Origin: Minisyncoccota bacterium
GTDB lineage: Bacteria > Patescibacteriota > Minisyncoccia > Phycocordibacterales > UBA6065
Direction of reading: 5' to 3'
Assembly: GCA_035438745.1 (NCBI GenBank)
Contig: DAORIX010000002.1
Location: 1,830-65,829, forward strand
DNA length: 64,000 nt
How positions within the stretch are numbered: position 1 is the first letter of the stretch; the number at the start of each line of letters is the position of its first letter. Shown piece after piece: positions 37,606-45,984 of the stretch. Made by a program: the position numbers and the translations under genes. The notes beneath the pieces are model-generated. The model was not told the DNA's origin, searched no databases, and saw only the letters and a list, made by a program, of their open reading frames with translations.

Positions 37606-38271
37606 TTACATCTGAATGAGCTCTAACTGTAACTTTGCTTTTAAAACCTCAAACTCTGCAATCTTTTTATCTAAAAGAACTTGAGGGGGTCTGATTGTAG
37701 GTGATTTCTGCCAATTTTCATTACAAGAAGATGGATTACTAGTGCATATTTCTTTATCGTAATCGCCCGCACGGACCCTACTGATTTCAAGATCCATGCT
37801 CGCAATTGCGGCAAGCGTTGCCTTTTTCTGCGCCTCAGCTTGGGTTAAAGACGCCTCCAACTGTTTGATCCTTGCCTGTAGCTTTTCTAAATCAATAAGA
37901 CATTGATTTGGTGTTCCTTGGAGTTCTTTAATCTTTAATTTAAGAGAGTTATTTTCATCAATTACTGATTGGTCCGGCTTAATTACAATCTTTTCAACAA
38001 TCCGGTCCACTGGCACTGTAACTGTTTTGATTACCGCCCTTTCGATAACCGTTGATTCCGGTACTATCACAGAAGATGAAGTAGCGGTTGTTTCAGGAAC
38101 TTCATTATGTTCATTAACACTTCTCTTAAGATCACCTGCATCAACCCTAAGCTCTGGAATATTTTTTATTTCGTTTTGCACAAACCAAGTACGTGGATTC
38201 CACCATTCTGCATGAACAATAGACGGAAGGAGAATCGCCCCCAGAGATAGCACTATTATTTTATTTTTCAT
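37606..38271 (-). CDS. Secreted coiled-coil protein
   Basis: 221 aa with a signal peptide, a Val/Ile/Pro-rich repeat region and a long coiled coil (LKLKIKELQ ... LEASLTQAEAQKKATLAAIASMDLEISRVRAG). Confidence 0.55.
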   Translation of the reverse strand: MKNKIIVLSLGAILLPSIVHAEWWNPRTWFVQNEIKNIPELRVDAGDLKRSVNEHNEVPETTATSSSVIVPESTVIERAVIKTVTVPVDRIVEKIVIKPDQSVIDENNSLKLKIKELQGTPNQCLIDLEKLQARIKQLEASLTQAEAQKKATLAAIASMDLEISRVRAGDYDKEICTSNPSSCNENWQKSPTIRPPQVLLDKKIAEFEVLKAKLQLELIQM

Positions 38272-38635
38272 AGTAAAAGTTTTAATAAACCTTACCTGTG
38301 TATTGCATACAAAAAACCTGCCACAGGTAGAGGCCTAAGCCTCTCATACCGGTTTCCCGATATGGCGAGTTAAGCGACCCTATGACAGGCTCTTTATGCT
38401 TAACTCGACTTCTGACCATGCCACTGATGACTCAGTAGTTTAGGTACTTTTTCATATTCAATTGTCTCCTTCACTCTACCATCACTTCCCTCAAATACAA
38501 AAGAGTTTAAAAAAATGGGAGGGGGGGCAAAAATGCTAGCAAATGCAATCATGAAAATGATAGCATTTCGAAAACTTATTAGCCCACCTAAACTTACTTA
38601 AAAATATATGTATAATTGACCCATACAGAGCTGAA

Positions 38636-39346
38636 ATGAAACCTCAAGAAAGAGCTGATTATGAGATATGGTGGGTACTACAAGAGATTAAAAAAGAGTG
38701 TTTGATTTTAAGATCAGACCATTTTGTTGTTAGAAAAGACACGCCTTTTGAAATAACTCATACCCATACAGACACGGCCCCCACACATAAAACACAAACA
38801 AAGATTTTATATAGACTTCATGAACTAGGGACAGTTATTATTGACGTATTGCCTATAGGTGTCGAAACAGAGATCGTCTTTGTCGATGGTATCCCTTCTT
38901 TAGCGAAAAAAGAAAAACAATCATACAATCCTGAATTATCGATAAAGGTAATTCAACCAAAGTTTGAACAAACATATAGTGAGTATGCAGGTTTATTGTC
39001 AACAACTGTAGATAATAAAAGTTTAAAAGGTAGAAAAATCATATATGATGAGACAAAGCAAATTATTTTTATCGATGCAATACCCTGTCCGCTCGTGCCC
39101 TCACGTAACGAAAGCGATCTTGCAAAAGTAATGTTTAAAAAAGAGATTGGACAATTTGTAGACTGGTCAATCCTCTACGAAGAAATAACTGGTATCGAAG
39201 CTCTAGGAACAGATAAAAAAAATCAGAAAAGACAAAAAATGCTTAGGGATACCAAAGATAGATTAAACAAACATATAAAACATGTGGCTAACACCGAAGA
39301 CAATCTTTTAAGTTGGAAAAATAAAAGTATTTCGAGAAACTACTAA
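38636..39346 (+). CDS. Hypothetical protein (236 aa)
   Basis: AT-rich ORF inside the putative element. No recognizable domain. Confidence 0.5.
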   Translation: MKPQERADYEIWWVLQEIKKECLILRSDHFVVRKDTPFEITHTHTDTAPTHKTQTKILYRLHELGTVIIDVLPIGVETEIVFVDGIPSLAKKEKQSYNPELSIKVIQPKFEQTYSEYAGLLSTTVDNKSLKGRKIIYDETKQIIFIDAIPCPLVPSRNESDLAKVMFKKEIGQFVDWSILYEEITGIEALGTDKKNQKRQKMLRDTKDRLNKHIKHVANTEDNLLSWKNKSISRNY

Positions 39347-39437
39347 CAACAATCAGAAGTGATTCGCAGGTGAGTCACCACTCACACTGCTAAAGTCGAG
39401 GCACGAAAGCTTCGGCTTTTGTTTTAGTTAGTTATTT

Positions 39438-39617
39438 ATGTCAGAAAAACAAATCAAAACAAATGTCGAAAAAGACTGCCAGATTATAGAGCTATTAGAG
39501 TTCTTTGAACTTTTAGCGCGGTTTGATTATGAGGATAAACAAAAATCAGAAGCCAAGACAGACTCTTTAGAATCAGCTCCTAAAGAGTCTGTCTTGGGGT
39601 CGGATATAAAAAAATAA
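39438..39617 (+). CDS. Small acidic protein (59 aa), not in the ORF track; contains a 15-bp perfect inverted repeat in its 3' end
   Basis: ATG at 39438 and TAA at 39615. Translates to MSEKQIKTNVEKDCQIIELLEFFELLARFDYEDKQKSEAKTDSLESAPKESVLGSDIKK. Ends 11 nt before the next gene. Confidence 0.3.
   Translation: MSEKQIKTNVEKDCQIIELLEFFELLARFDYEDKQKSEAKTDSLESAPKESVLGSDIKK
39555..39595. repeat. Perfect 15-bp inverted repeat aagacagactcttta(N11)taaagagtctgtctt
   Basis: Read directly from the sequence. Candidate protein-binding site (recombinase or regulator) or RNA hairpin. Confidence 0.6.
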
Positions 39618-39628
39618 TTACAATAATC

Positions 39629-40135
39629 ATGGCAAAAAAAAGAATAATTAACACTCGGTTCTGGGTAGATGAATACATATCAAGGCTCGATCCTATAGAA
39701 AAACTGCTATTTCTATATTTTTTAACAAATCCCTCTACAGAGATATGTGGAATATATGAAATACCCTTGAAAACTGTCGCCACCGATACCGGTATCGACA
39801 AAGATATGGTAGAAAAAATAATTAAAAGGTTTAGTAAAGATAATAAAATTTACTACAAGAAAGGTTGGATTGCGATAAAAAATTTTACGAAGCACCAAAC
39901 CCTAAATCCAAGCGTAAAGACAGGAATAGGAATATGTGTTTCTAAGGCCCCTAAATTCATGTTAAAGAAGGTCAATCTGCCCCCAGACTGTGTACACTCT
40001 CCAGGCAACATCACGCATGTTAATCCAAACCCAAATCCTAAAAATAAATCTAAAATGGACACAGACACCAAGCGTCATTTAATACTTAGAAAAGAAATTG
40101 ATGAAATAGTTAACCAAAAAAGAACAATTCCTTAA
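39629..40135 (+). CDS. Winged-helix DNA-binding protein, phage replisome-organizer/DnaD-N-terminal-like (tentative)
   Basis: 168 aa. The N-terminus (RFWVDEYISRLDPIEKLLFLYFLTNPSTEICGIYEIPLKTVATDTGIDKDMVEKIIKRF) resembles phage replication-initiation / DnaD-like winged-helix domains. Confidence 0.45.
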   Translation: MAKKRIINTRFWVDEYISRLDPIEKLLFLYFLTNPSTEICGIYEIPLKTVATDTGIDKDMVEKIIKRFSKDNKIYYKKGWIAIKNFTKHQTLNPSVKTGIGICVSKAPKFMLKKVNLPPDCVHSPGNITHVNPNPNPKNKSKMDTDTKRHLILRKEIDEIVNQKRTIP

Positions 40136-40156
40136 ATATTTGATAAAATTACATCA

Positions 40157-41761
40157 ATGAGAAATAAAGCTATTACTTATTGTAGAGTATCCTCTAAAGA
40201 ACAAGAAGAAACTGGTTATTCTCTTGATGCTCAAGAAAAACTATTAAAAGAGTATGCTGAAAAAAAAGAATGTGAGGTCACTAAGGTGTTTCGTATCTCT
40301 GAATCCGCAAGTGGAAAACAAATCAGGAAAACATTTAACGAAATGCTCGCTTACATGGAGAAAAACCACGTACCTGTTTTACTCTGTGAAAAAATAGATC
40401 GCCTTACCAGAAACCTAAAGGATGCCGCGACTGTCAGTGACTGGTTACAAGCTGATCCTATACGAGAAATTCACTTTGTTAAAGAAAACTTTGTAGTAAA
40501 CAAAAATACTCGTGCTCATGAAAATCTTGTTTGGGACATGAAGGTTGCCATTGCGCGCTTCTATACAAACAATCTATCAGAAGAGGTTAAAAAGGGGCAA
40601 GCAGAGAAAATTTCACAAGGCGGCCTCCCTACTAAACCACCTATTGGATACAAGACTATTGGAGAAAAAGGCCACAAGGTCCATGTTTTAGATCCGGACA
40701 AAGCACCTTTTGTAAAAAGAATGTTTGATCTTTACGCTACTGGGAACTACTCAATGACCAGCCTCAGAGAAGAGTTACATACGGAGGGTTTTCGAATGAG
40801 ATCCGGAAAAAAGGTTATGAAAAGTAAATTTGAGCAAATGCTTAAAGACCCTTTCTATTACGGTGCTTTGAGATGGAATGATGTCATATATCACAATGGA
40901 ACACATGAACCGATTATCTCAAAAGAAACGTTTGATAAAGTTCAAGATATAAGAACAAAGAAAAAAGCACCTAGTTACTCAAGACATTCTTTTCAGTTTA
41001 GAAAGATGTTCAAGTGTGGAGAATGTGGTGGAAGCGTCACCGCTGAAATACAAAAAAACATCGTCTATTACCATTGTAATCATTATCGACCTTGCTCTCA
41101 AAAGAAATACACTCCTGAGGAAAAGCTTGAAGAGAAATTATTTGGTGTATTCAAGTTTTTTGAAACCATTACAGTAGAAGAAGCAGAAGAAATAAAGGCC
41201 AAAATCAAGCTAAACCACTGCCAGGAAATCGAATATAAGGAAAACACCATTAAAGCCCTGAACGAACGGTATAACACGCTACAAAGACGGTTAGACAACC
41301 TTTATAACGACAAGCTCGATGAGAAAATCACACGCGAGTTCTGGGAAAAGAAGCAAGCTGAAATAACAAATGAGCAAAAAGCTATTCAGGACCAGCTTTC
41401 TCGCCTCAAAGGCGAAGAAGCGAAGTATTTTGAAATCTGGCTCAACATCCTAGATCTCGCTCGTCGAGCCGGCGAGATCTACAAGAAACGATCACCAGAG
41501 GAGAGGCGTTTACTTTTGAGTCATATTTTTTCGAACCTGGTCCTAAAAGACGAAACAGTGACTCCTACTCTCAAAGCTCCAGTCCAGAAACTTGCTGAAC
41601 GTGTCCAACAACGACTAGACGCCGAAAAGACTTTCGAACCAGATAAAAACGGCTCTATAAAAACACAAAAAGGTGCTCTCGCACCCCTTGTGTCCAACTA
41701 TGCTCCGGGAGAAGGGATCGAACCTTCGACCAATCGCTTACGCTTACCCTCTCATTACTGA
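40157..41761 (+). CDS. Large serine recombinase (resolvase catalytic domain, recombinase domain, zinc ribbon and coiled coil)
   Basis: 534 aa with N-terminal ITYCRVSSKEQEETGYSLDAQ (catalytic Ser). It has a recombinase domain, a zinc ribbon (CGECGGS ... YYHCNHYRPC) and a C-terminal coiled coil. The last ~20 codons overlap the tRNA-Asn 3' exon on the opposite strand. Confidence 0.85.
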   Translation: MRNKAITYCRVSSKEQEETGYSLDAQEKLLKEYAEKKECEVTKVFRISESASGKQIRKTFNEMLAYMEKNHVPVLLCEKIDRLTRNLKDAATVSDWLQADPIREIHFVKENFVVNKNTRAHENLVWDMKVAIARFYTNNLSEEVKKGQAEKISQGGLPTKPPIGYKTIGEKGHKVHVLDPDKAPFVKRMFDLYATGNYSMTSLREELHTEGFRMRSGKKVMKSKFEQMLKDPFYYGALRWNDVIYHNGTHEPIISKETFDKVQDIRTKKKAPSYSRHSFQFRKMFKCGECGGSVTAEIQKNIVYYHCNHYRPCSQKKYTPEEKLEEKLFGVFKFFETITVEEAEEIKAKIKLNHCQEIEYKENTIKALNERYNTLQRRLDNLYNDKLDEKITREFWEKKQAEITNEQKAIQDQLSRLKGEEAKYFEIWLNILDLARRAGEIYKKRSPEERRLLLSHIFSNLVLKDETVTPTLKAPVQKLAERVQQRLDAEKTFEPDKNGSIKTQKGALAPLVSNYAPGEGIEPSTNRLRLPSHY

Positions 41762-42319
41762 AAGGAGCGGACTATATCATTCTCGTGATCCACCTCTGGA
41801 CCTTACGAGACGAGGGGCTTCCCATCTGCCCCGTGGCAGACAGTACTCCTAAAAAGGATAGTCTCTACACCCTCCCTTCAACCTCACTCAAGATTTACTT
41901 TGAGTTTTCGTCAAAGGGCTCGGCTCGGGATTGCCCACACATGTGGGGTTCCCCGAATTCACCTCGTTTTCGACCAAGCTTTCACTTGGAAGCTGCATGA
42001 TGCCCGCACCAACCTCTCTGTGGCAATTCGCGCACAAAAGAATACATTTATCGAGCTCTGCTTTTACCTTATCCCATGAACGCGTATAACCCTTATCACC
42101 AATCCCGAATCCTTTTTCTTCTTTTTTGATATGGTGAAGTTCTAACGCGCCTTGATATTTATTGTATCCACAGATCTGACATTTGCCTCCTTTGTACTCA
42201 ATAGCCAAAGATTTGATTTTTTTGCGTCTTTTAGAAACCGCACGAATCAAAGCTTCGCGTCGATCGGCATATTTTCTTCTGTCTGGCATTACTTTAATAA
42301 TACCACCAGAAAATCGTTT
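41741..42319 (-). mobile_element. Group I intron (~579 nt) carrying an HNH homing-endonuclease ORF
   Basis: The 3' part of the intron contains the paired P7-type elements AGAGACUA ... GAUAUAGUCCGCUCC. These are close to the Tetrahymena CAGACUA ... AUAUAGUCGGACC core. The intron ends in G before the 3' exon and follows an exon U. Confidence 0.7.
41888..42289 (-). CDS. HNH homing endonuclease encoded within the group I intron
   Basis: 133 aa with HNH motifs CQICGYNKYQGALELHHI ... LLCANCHR. Confidence 0.8.
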   Translation of the reverse strand: MPDRRKYADRREALIRAVSKRRKKIKSLAIEYKGGKCQICGYNKYQGALELHHIKKEEKGFGIGDKGYTRSWDKVKAELDKCILLCANCHREVGAGIMQLPSESLVENEVNSGNPTCVGNPEPSPLTKTQSKS

Positions 42320-42536
42320 ACAGGCGACTGCTCTACCGCTGAGCTATCCCGGAATGTTTTATGTGCTCTATCTGGCTATCAGTTTACTCATAGCCAGAAC
42401 AAAACCTTAAAACACAGAGTACTAAACTTATGAATCCTACGCCTCCTTCCGAGCTTCTACCTATACATAACCGGAATGTTCTGTATCATAGCAAATTATA
42501 GACATGAAGCAATAAAGCCACCGCCCTACCCTCACC

Positions 42537-43061
42537 CTACATTTTTTTCAACTCAAGTGATGACAAAATCTTGTAAAAATCAGTACGAATCATATCGCTC
42601 TTTGCTTTATACGAAACAGTAAAAACATAGACCCGAGAACCAACTTCTACTGCAAAAGCATCGCCGTTAAATGCTCCCGCCCACTCATACGTGAGTGCAG
42701 GAAATCCGGACAGAGTTGTCCTTTTAAAAGAACCCTTTGATGCTACCCACGAATCTTCTCGCCTGAGAGTAAGCCACTGATCGAGCGTACTCGCATCGCT
42801 TTTTTCATACACCCGCACAGCAATTGAAGGCACATTGTCTCGATTGAGTGTCTGTCCTTGCTTAATAGTACTCTCAGTGAGTGTTACGGTATGTCCCGAT
42901 TTATCTATAGTAAAACTATCATCAAGAAAATACTTCGATGGATAGGTGAAAAAGATAGAATTGTCTTCTGTTCGATACTCTTTTGCAATAGTTTGAGAAA
43001 AATATTTTCCTGCAAAAATACCAATACCGAGCACAAACAAAATAACAATAAAAGTTTTCAT
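42537..43061 (-). CDS. Membrane-anchored extracellular hypothetical protein
   Basis: 174 aa with an N-terminal TM. Its architecture is similar to the protein at 53757..54314. Confidence 0.5.
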   Translation of the reverse strand: MKTFIVILFVLGIGIFAGKYFSQTIAKEYRTEDNSIFFTYPSKYFLDDSFTIDKSGHTVTLTESTIKQGQTLNRDNVPSIAVRVYEKSDASTLDQWLTLRREDSWVASKGSFKRTTLSGFPALTYEWAGAFNGDAFAVEVGSRVYVFTVSYKAKSDMIRTDFYKILSSLELKKM

Positions 43062-43151
43062 AAAAATGATTCTAATTTATTTTCTATAAGTATAACATTT
43101 ACCCACAGATACTTTGACTCAAAGGGTGCCACATGGTATAATTGACTTTAT

Positions 43152-44141
43152 ATGAGAACAGTGTTGAAACACTATTTTGTTCCCCACGCGGATAATGAGT
43201 ACGCACCCCATTTTTTCCGCGACACCTGTCTAACTTTTTTTGCGATCATAACTATCGCTCTCCTCTCCCTCTCTGTTGCAGGATCATTTGCTGCAAAGGA
43301 GACAGGACTTTTGGGCGCTATCTATTCATCAGTACTTGTAGACCTCGCAAACCAAAATCGAGAAGAAACCAATCTCAAAACCCTCACCATAAACCCTGTA
43401 CTCGAGAGAGCCGCTTCGCTCAAAGTCGATGACATGATTCAAAAAGGTTATTTTGCACACCAGAGCCCTGATGGTATCACTCCATGGTACTGGCTCAGCA
43501 AAGCAGGCTATTCATTTATATACGCAGGTGAAAATCTCGCCATTCACTTTACCGAGTCAGAAGCAGTAAATCAGGCATGGATGGCCTCTCCCGGACACCG
43601 TGCAAATATTTTAAACAAAAACTTCAGTGAAATCGGAATCGCGGTCCGTGACGGTTTTTATAACGGAAGAAACACAACATTTGTTGTCCAAATGTTTGGT
43701 AAGCCTACCTATCTCAGCGAGAAACATACTCCCAAGACTCTCTCCTACGAAGACAACACTGTTCCCAACGTCAAAGGTGAGTCTATAGAGATCCTCGAAC
43801 AGACACAAAACGACACACAAACAGAATCCTTTATTTTTGCAAAGAACACCGCCCTCGAAGAAAATATCGAACTCGTTGGAGAAATGACTGCCCCTCAAGA
43901 GAAAAAAACATATTCATCGTGGTTTGAGCGCCTTGTCATGCGTTTTCCTAAAATAATTGAAAATATGTACATTACGCTCGGTACACTCGTTGCCCTCGCA
44001 ATTCTCGTCCTTGTTTCAATCGAAATCAAACACCAGCATCCAAAACATCTCGCCTACGGTCTCCTCATACTCGTACTCATCGGAGGATCACTCTACGTAC
44101 ACAACACTACAGAGCTCGCGCAACTCGCTCGACTCCTCTAA
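43152..44141 (+). CDS. CAP/SCP (cysteine-rich secretory protein / PR-1-like) domain protein with a C-terminal TM anchor
   Basis: 329 aa with an N-terminal TM. The CAP motifs read AHQSPDGITPWYW and NQAWMASPGHRANILNKNFSEIGIA. C-terminal hydrophobic helices follow. Confidence 0.7.
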   Translation: MRTVLKHYFVPHADNEYAPHFFRDTCLTFFAIITIALLSLSVAGSFAAKETGLLGAIYSSVLVDLANQNREETNLKTLTINPVLERAASLKVDDMIQKGYFAHQSPDGITPWYWLSKAGYSFIYAGENLAIHFTESEAVNQAWMASPGHRANILNKNFSEIGIAVRDGFYNGRNTTFVVQMFGKPTYLSEKHTPKTLSYEDNTVPNVKGESIEILEQTQNDTQTESFIFAKNTALEENIELVGEMTAPQEKKTYSSWFERLVMRFPKIIENMYITLGTLVALAILVLVSIEIKHQHPKHLAYGLLILVLIGGSLYVHNTTELAQLARLL

Positions 44142-44250
44142 CGTAAATCAAATGCAAACAAGTTGCATTTACTAAAAATCTGTGCTACTTTAGCCAACAG
44201 AAAGATAAGACATTGTGTCTTATCTATGAGCACCTTCAATAACGAGCACT

Positions 44251-45009
44251 ATGTGTAAAACATACGACGGAGACCGAACCCAGCTACCTATACACAAAAA
44301 AGGACTGAATGCAGTACTCAACATCTACTCATCACGAGTAACCGAGGGAGTCCCCCTCCCCGAAAAAGTTGTTACTGAATGCTACGGAGCAATGACCGAC
44401 AAACTGCACGTACGTATTATGCATTTTGTCGCACTCATTGATCTCGTGTATCGATACTACAACGATGAGAAAGGACTATGGGGAATGGGACCAGAGCTCT
44501 TGTTCTCTGCCCATCTCCCTAACACCCTCACTCGTTTTCGCTCGAAAGAAATGACAGCACTGCACGACTCATGGTTGTCATTCCAACTCGCAGAAAGGAA
44601 TAGAAAGAAACTCGACAGCATACTCCGAACACACTGTGACTTAGCGCTTGTGTCCCTCTGCTGTTGCGGAAGCAAGGCCGTAGCCTTTGGCGATGCAAAA
44701 CACGCCTTAGAACTATCGGGAGATTTCAACTATGTCCGAACAACTGCCGACATGTATGGACAAGTCGACGAAACAACGGAGCTTGATGACATTCCGAACG
44801 AAGCAATGCCCGATCTACTACGTTCAGCATTCAAAAGAATCATCATCAACGCACACAAGATTGCTCACGCACAGAATGATTGTTTCTGTTGTTCAATCTC
44901 CCCTACGCTCAAAACCGCAGGTGTGATCGACTCAGAAATCAAGCGCGCACAACAAGTTCAGTTGTTCCTCCCAGAACTGTCAAAAACAAAAGAGACGGTA
45001 CTCGTATAA
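44251..45009 (+). CDS. Cys-rich hypothetical protein (GC-richer than its neighbours)
   Basis: 252 aa with CCCGSK and CFCCS clusters. No recognizable family. A strong terminator follows. Confidence 0.5.
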   Translation: MCKTYDGDRTQLPIHKKGLNAVLNIYSSRVTEGVPLPEKVVTECYGAMTDKLHVRIMHFVALIDLVYRYYNDEKGLWGMGPELLFSAHLPNTLTRFRSKEMTALHDSWLSFQLAERNRKKLDSILRTHCDLALVSLCCCGSKAVAFGDAKHALELSGDFNYVRTTADMYGQVDETTELDDIPNEAMPDLLRSAFKRIIINAHKIAHAQNDCFCCSISPTLKTAGVIDSEIKRAQQVQLFLPELSKTKETVLV

Positions 45010-45017
45010 GGAACACA

Positions 45018-45051
45018 GCTGTGAATGGACAAACACATTCACAGCTTTTTT
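45018..45051 (+). terminator. Rho-independent terminator
   Basis: 10-bp stem gctgtgaatg / cattcacagc with loop gacaaaca, followed by TTTTTT. Confidence 0.6.
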
Positions 45052-45070
45052 ATAAAAAAGAAAAAATACT

Positions 45071-45901
45071 ATGATAATAGGATTCTTAGGAAAAGGAGGA
45101 AGCGGAAAATCAACACTTTCCACTCATTTCACAAAATACTTAGCACAAAAAAAGTATATGGTACTTGCTATTGATGGTGACCACAACATGGATATGAGTT
45201 ATCTTTTGGGAAACAAAAACTCATCTACCCCATATCTAGGAAACGGCCTCGGTGACTTGCTCGAGTACAAAAACAAAAAATATGCACATTATAGTGATAT
45301 GCTTTTTGACGATGAAAGGCCTCAATTTTCGATACATCCAAAAGATGCTTTTACAAAGAAATATTCTGTAAAAATTTCACGAGGCATTGACCTTATGATA
45401 GGTGGACCCCACACAGACAATGTAAAATTTGGTCAGAGTTGTAGCCATGTACTAACTACACCTCTCAAGTCATACCTACCTTTGGTAAAATTTTCAAAAA
45501 AACAAGCAATCGTGCTCGATGAAAAAGCTGGCTCAGACGGTGCAGGAACAGGTATTGCGACGGGTTTAACCTTAGCGATTATTTGTGTTGAGCCCACACC
45601 ACAGAGCATAAAAGCAGCAAAACAAATTGCGGAACTGCTCACCTTTTTTGGCACACCATACGAATACATAGTAAATAAATACAAGAAAAATTCTCCTCTT
45701 AACGGCCTAGATAAAAAACCTCTCGCCTTGATCCCATTCTCAGAGCAAGCGACTTCAAAAAAGTTTACCGGTGCAAAAAAAGCGTTTAGTACTATCGAAA
45801 AAAGAGCACTTAATGAAGAGCAAAAAGATACCGAGGCTCGCTTCAAACGAAGTAAACAAAAATTTGAGAGAAACAAAAGCTTCAAAAATACAAATTCGTA
45901 A
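45071..45901 (+). CDS. MinD/ParA/CooC-family P-loop ATPase with a basic C-terminal tail
   Basis: 276 aa with a deviant Walker A (FLGKGGSGKST) and an LAIDGDHNMD motif that is MinD/CooC-like. Confidence 0.7.
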   Translation: MIIGFLGKGGSGKSTLSTHFTKYLAQKKYMVLAIDGDHNMDMSYLLGNKNSSTPYLGNGLGDLLEYKNKKYAHYSDMLFDDERPQFSIHPKDAFTKKYSVKISRGIDLMIGGPHTDNVKFGQSCSHVLTTPLKSYLPLVKFSKKQAIVLDEKAGSDGAGTGIATGLTLAIICVEPTPQSIKAAKQIAELLTFFGTPYEYIVNKYKKNSPLNGLDKKPLALIPFSEQATSKKFTGAKKAFSTIEKRALNEEQKDTEARFKRSKQKFERNKSFKNTNS

Positions 45902-45922
45902 TAAAAAAAATAAGCTGTCTAG

Positions 45923-45951
45923 TTGCTTGACCTGTCGAGACTCTATATACT
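45923..45951 (+). promoter_or_regulatory. Sigma70-like promoter TTGCTT-17-TATACT upstream of the DUF4430 operon
   Basis: -35 at 45923..45928 and -10 at 45946..45951, with a 17-nt spacer. Confidence 0.4.
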
Positions 45952-45984
45952 CCTAGGTGTTAGCTATCACGCACGATGCGTGAC

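Larger units (their letters stand above)
36012..41761. mobile_element. Putative integrated element (AT-rich cargo plus a large serine recombinase) abutting tRNA-Asn
   Basis: Base composition is visibly more AT-rich than the flanks. The region carries DUF3800, a secreted coiled-coil protein, hypotheticals, a winged-helix replication/regulator-like protein, and a 534-aa large serine recombinase whose 3' end runs into the tRNA-Asn 3' exon. Boundaries were not determined. Confidence 0.35.
41703..42353 (-). tRNA. tRNA-Asn(GUU) interrupted in the anticodon loop by a group I intron (exon 1 at 42353..42320, exon 2 at 41740..41703)
   Basis: Joined exons give UCCGGGA-UA-GCUC-AGCGGUA-GAGC-A-GUCGC-CUGUUAA-GCGAU-UGGUC-GAAGG-UUCGAUC-CCUUC-UCCCGGA-G. 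This has a perfect 7-bp acceptor stem (U1-A72), the G73 discriminator typical of Asn, and an anticodon loop CUGUUAA identical to E. coli tRNA-Asn. The splice junction was placed after U35 using the exon-U / intron-omega-G rule and is ±1-2 nt uncertain. Confidence 0.75.

Noticed and set aside
41785-42000. 71-aa plus-strand ORF
   Set aside because: It lies entirely inside the minus-strand group I intron and HNH gene region. It is an antisense artefact with no start context.
41700-42060. tmRNA (ssrA) candidate suggested by a GGUUCGAUCCC T-arm-like 3' end on the minus strand
   Set aside because: The matching 5' acceptor strand lies 579 nt upstream and is followed by a normal D-arm and anticodon stem. 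The intervening sequence has group I P7 elements and an HNH ORF. The locus is therefore a split tRNA-Asn, not tmRNA.
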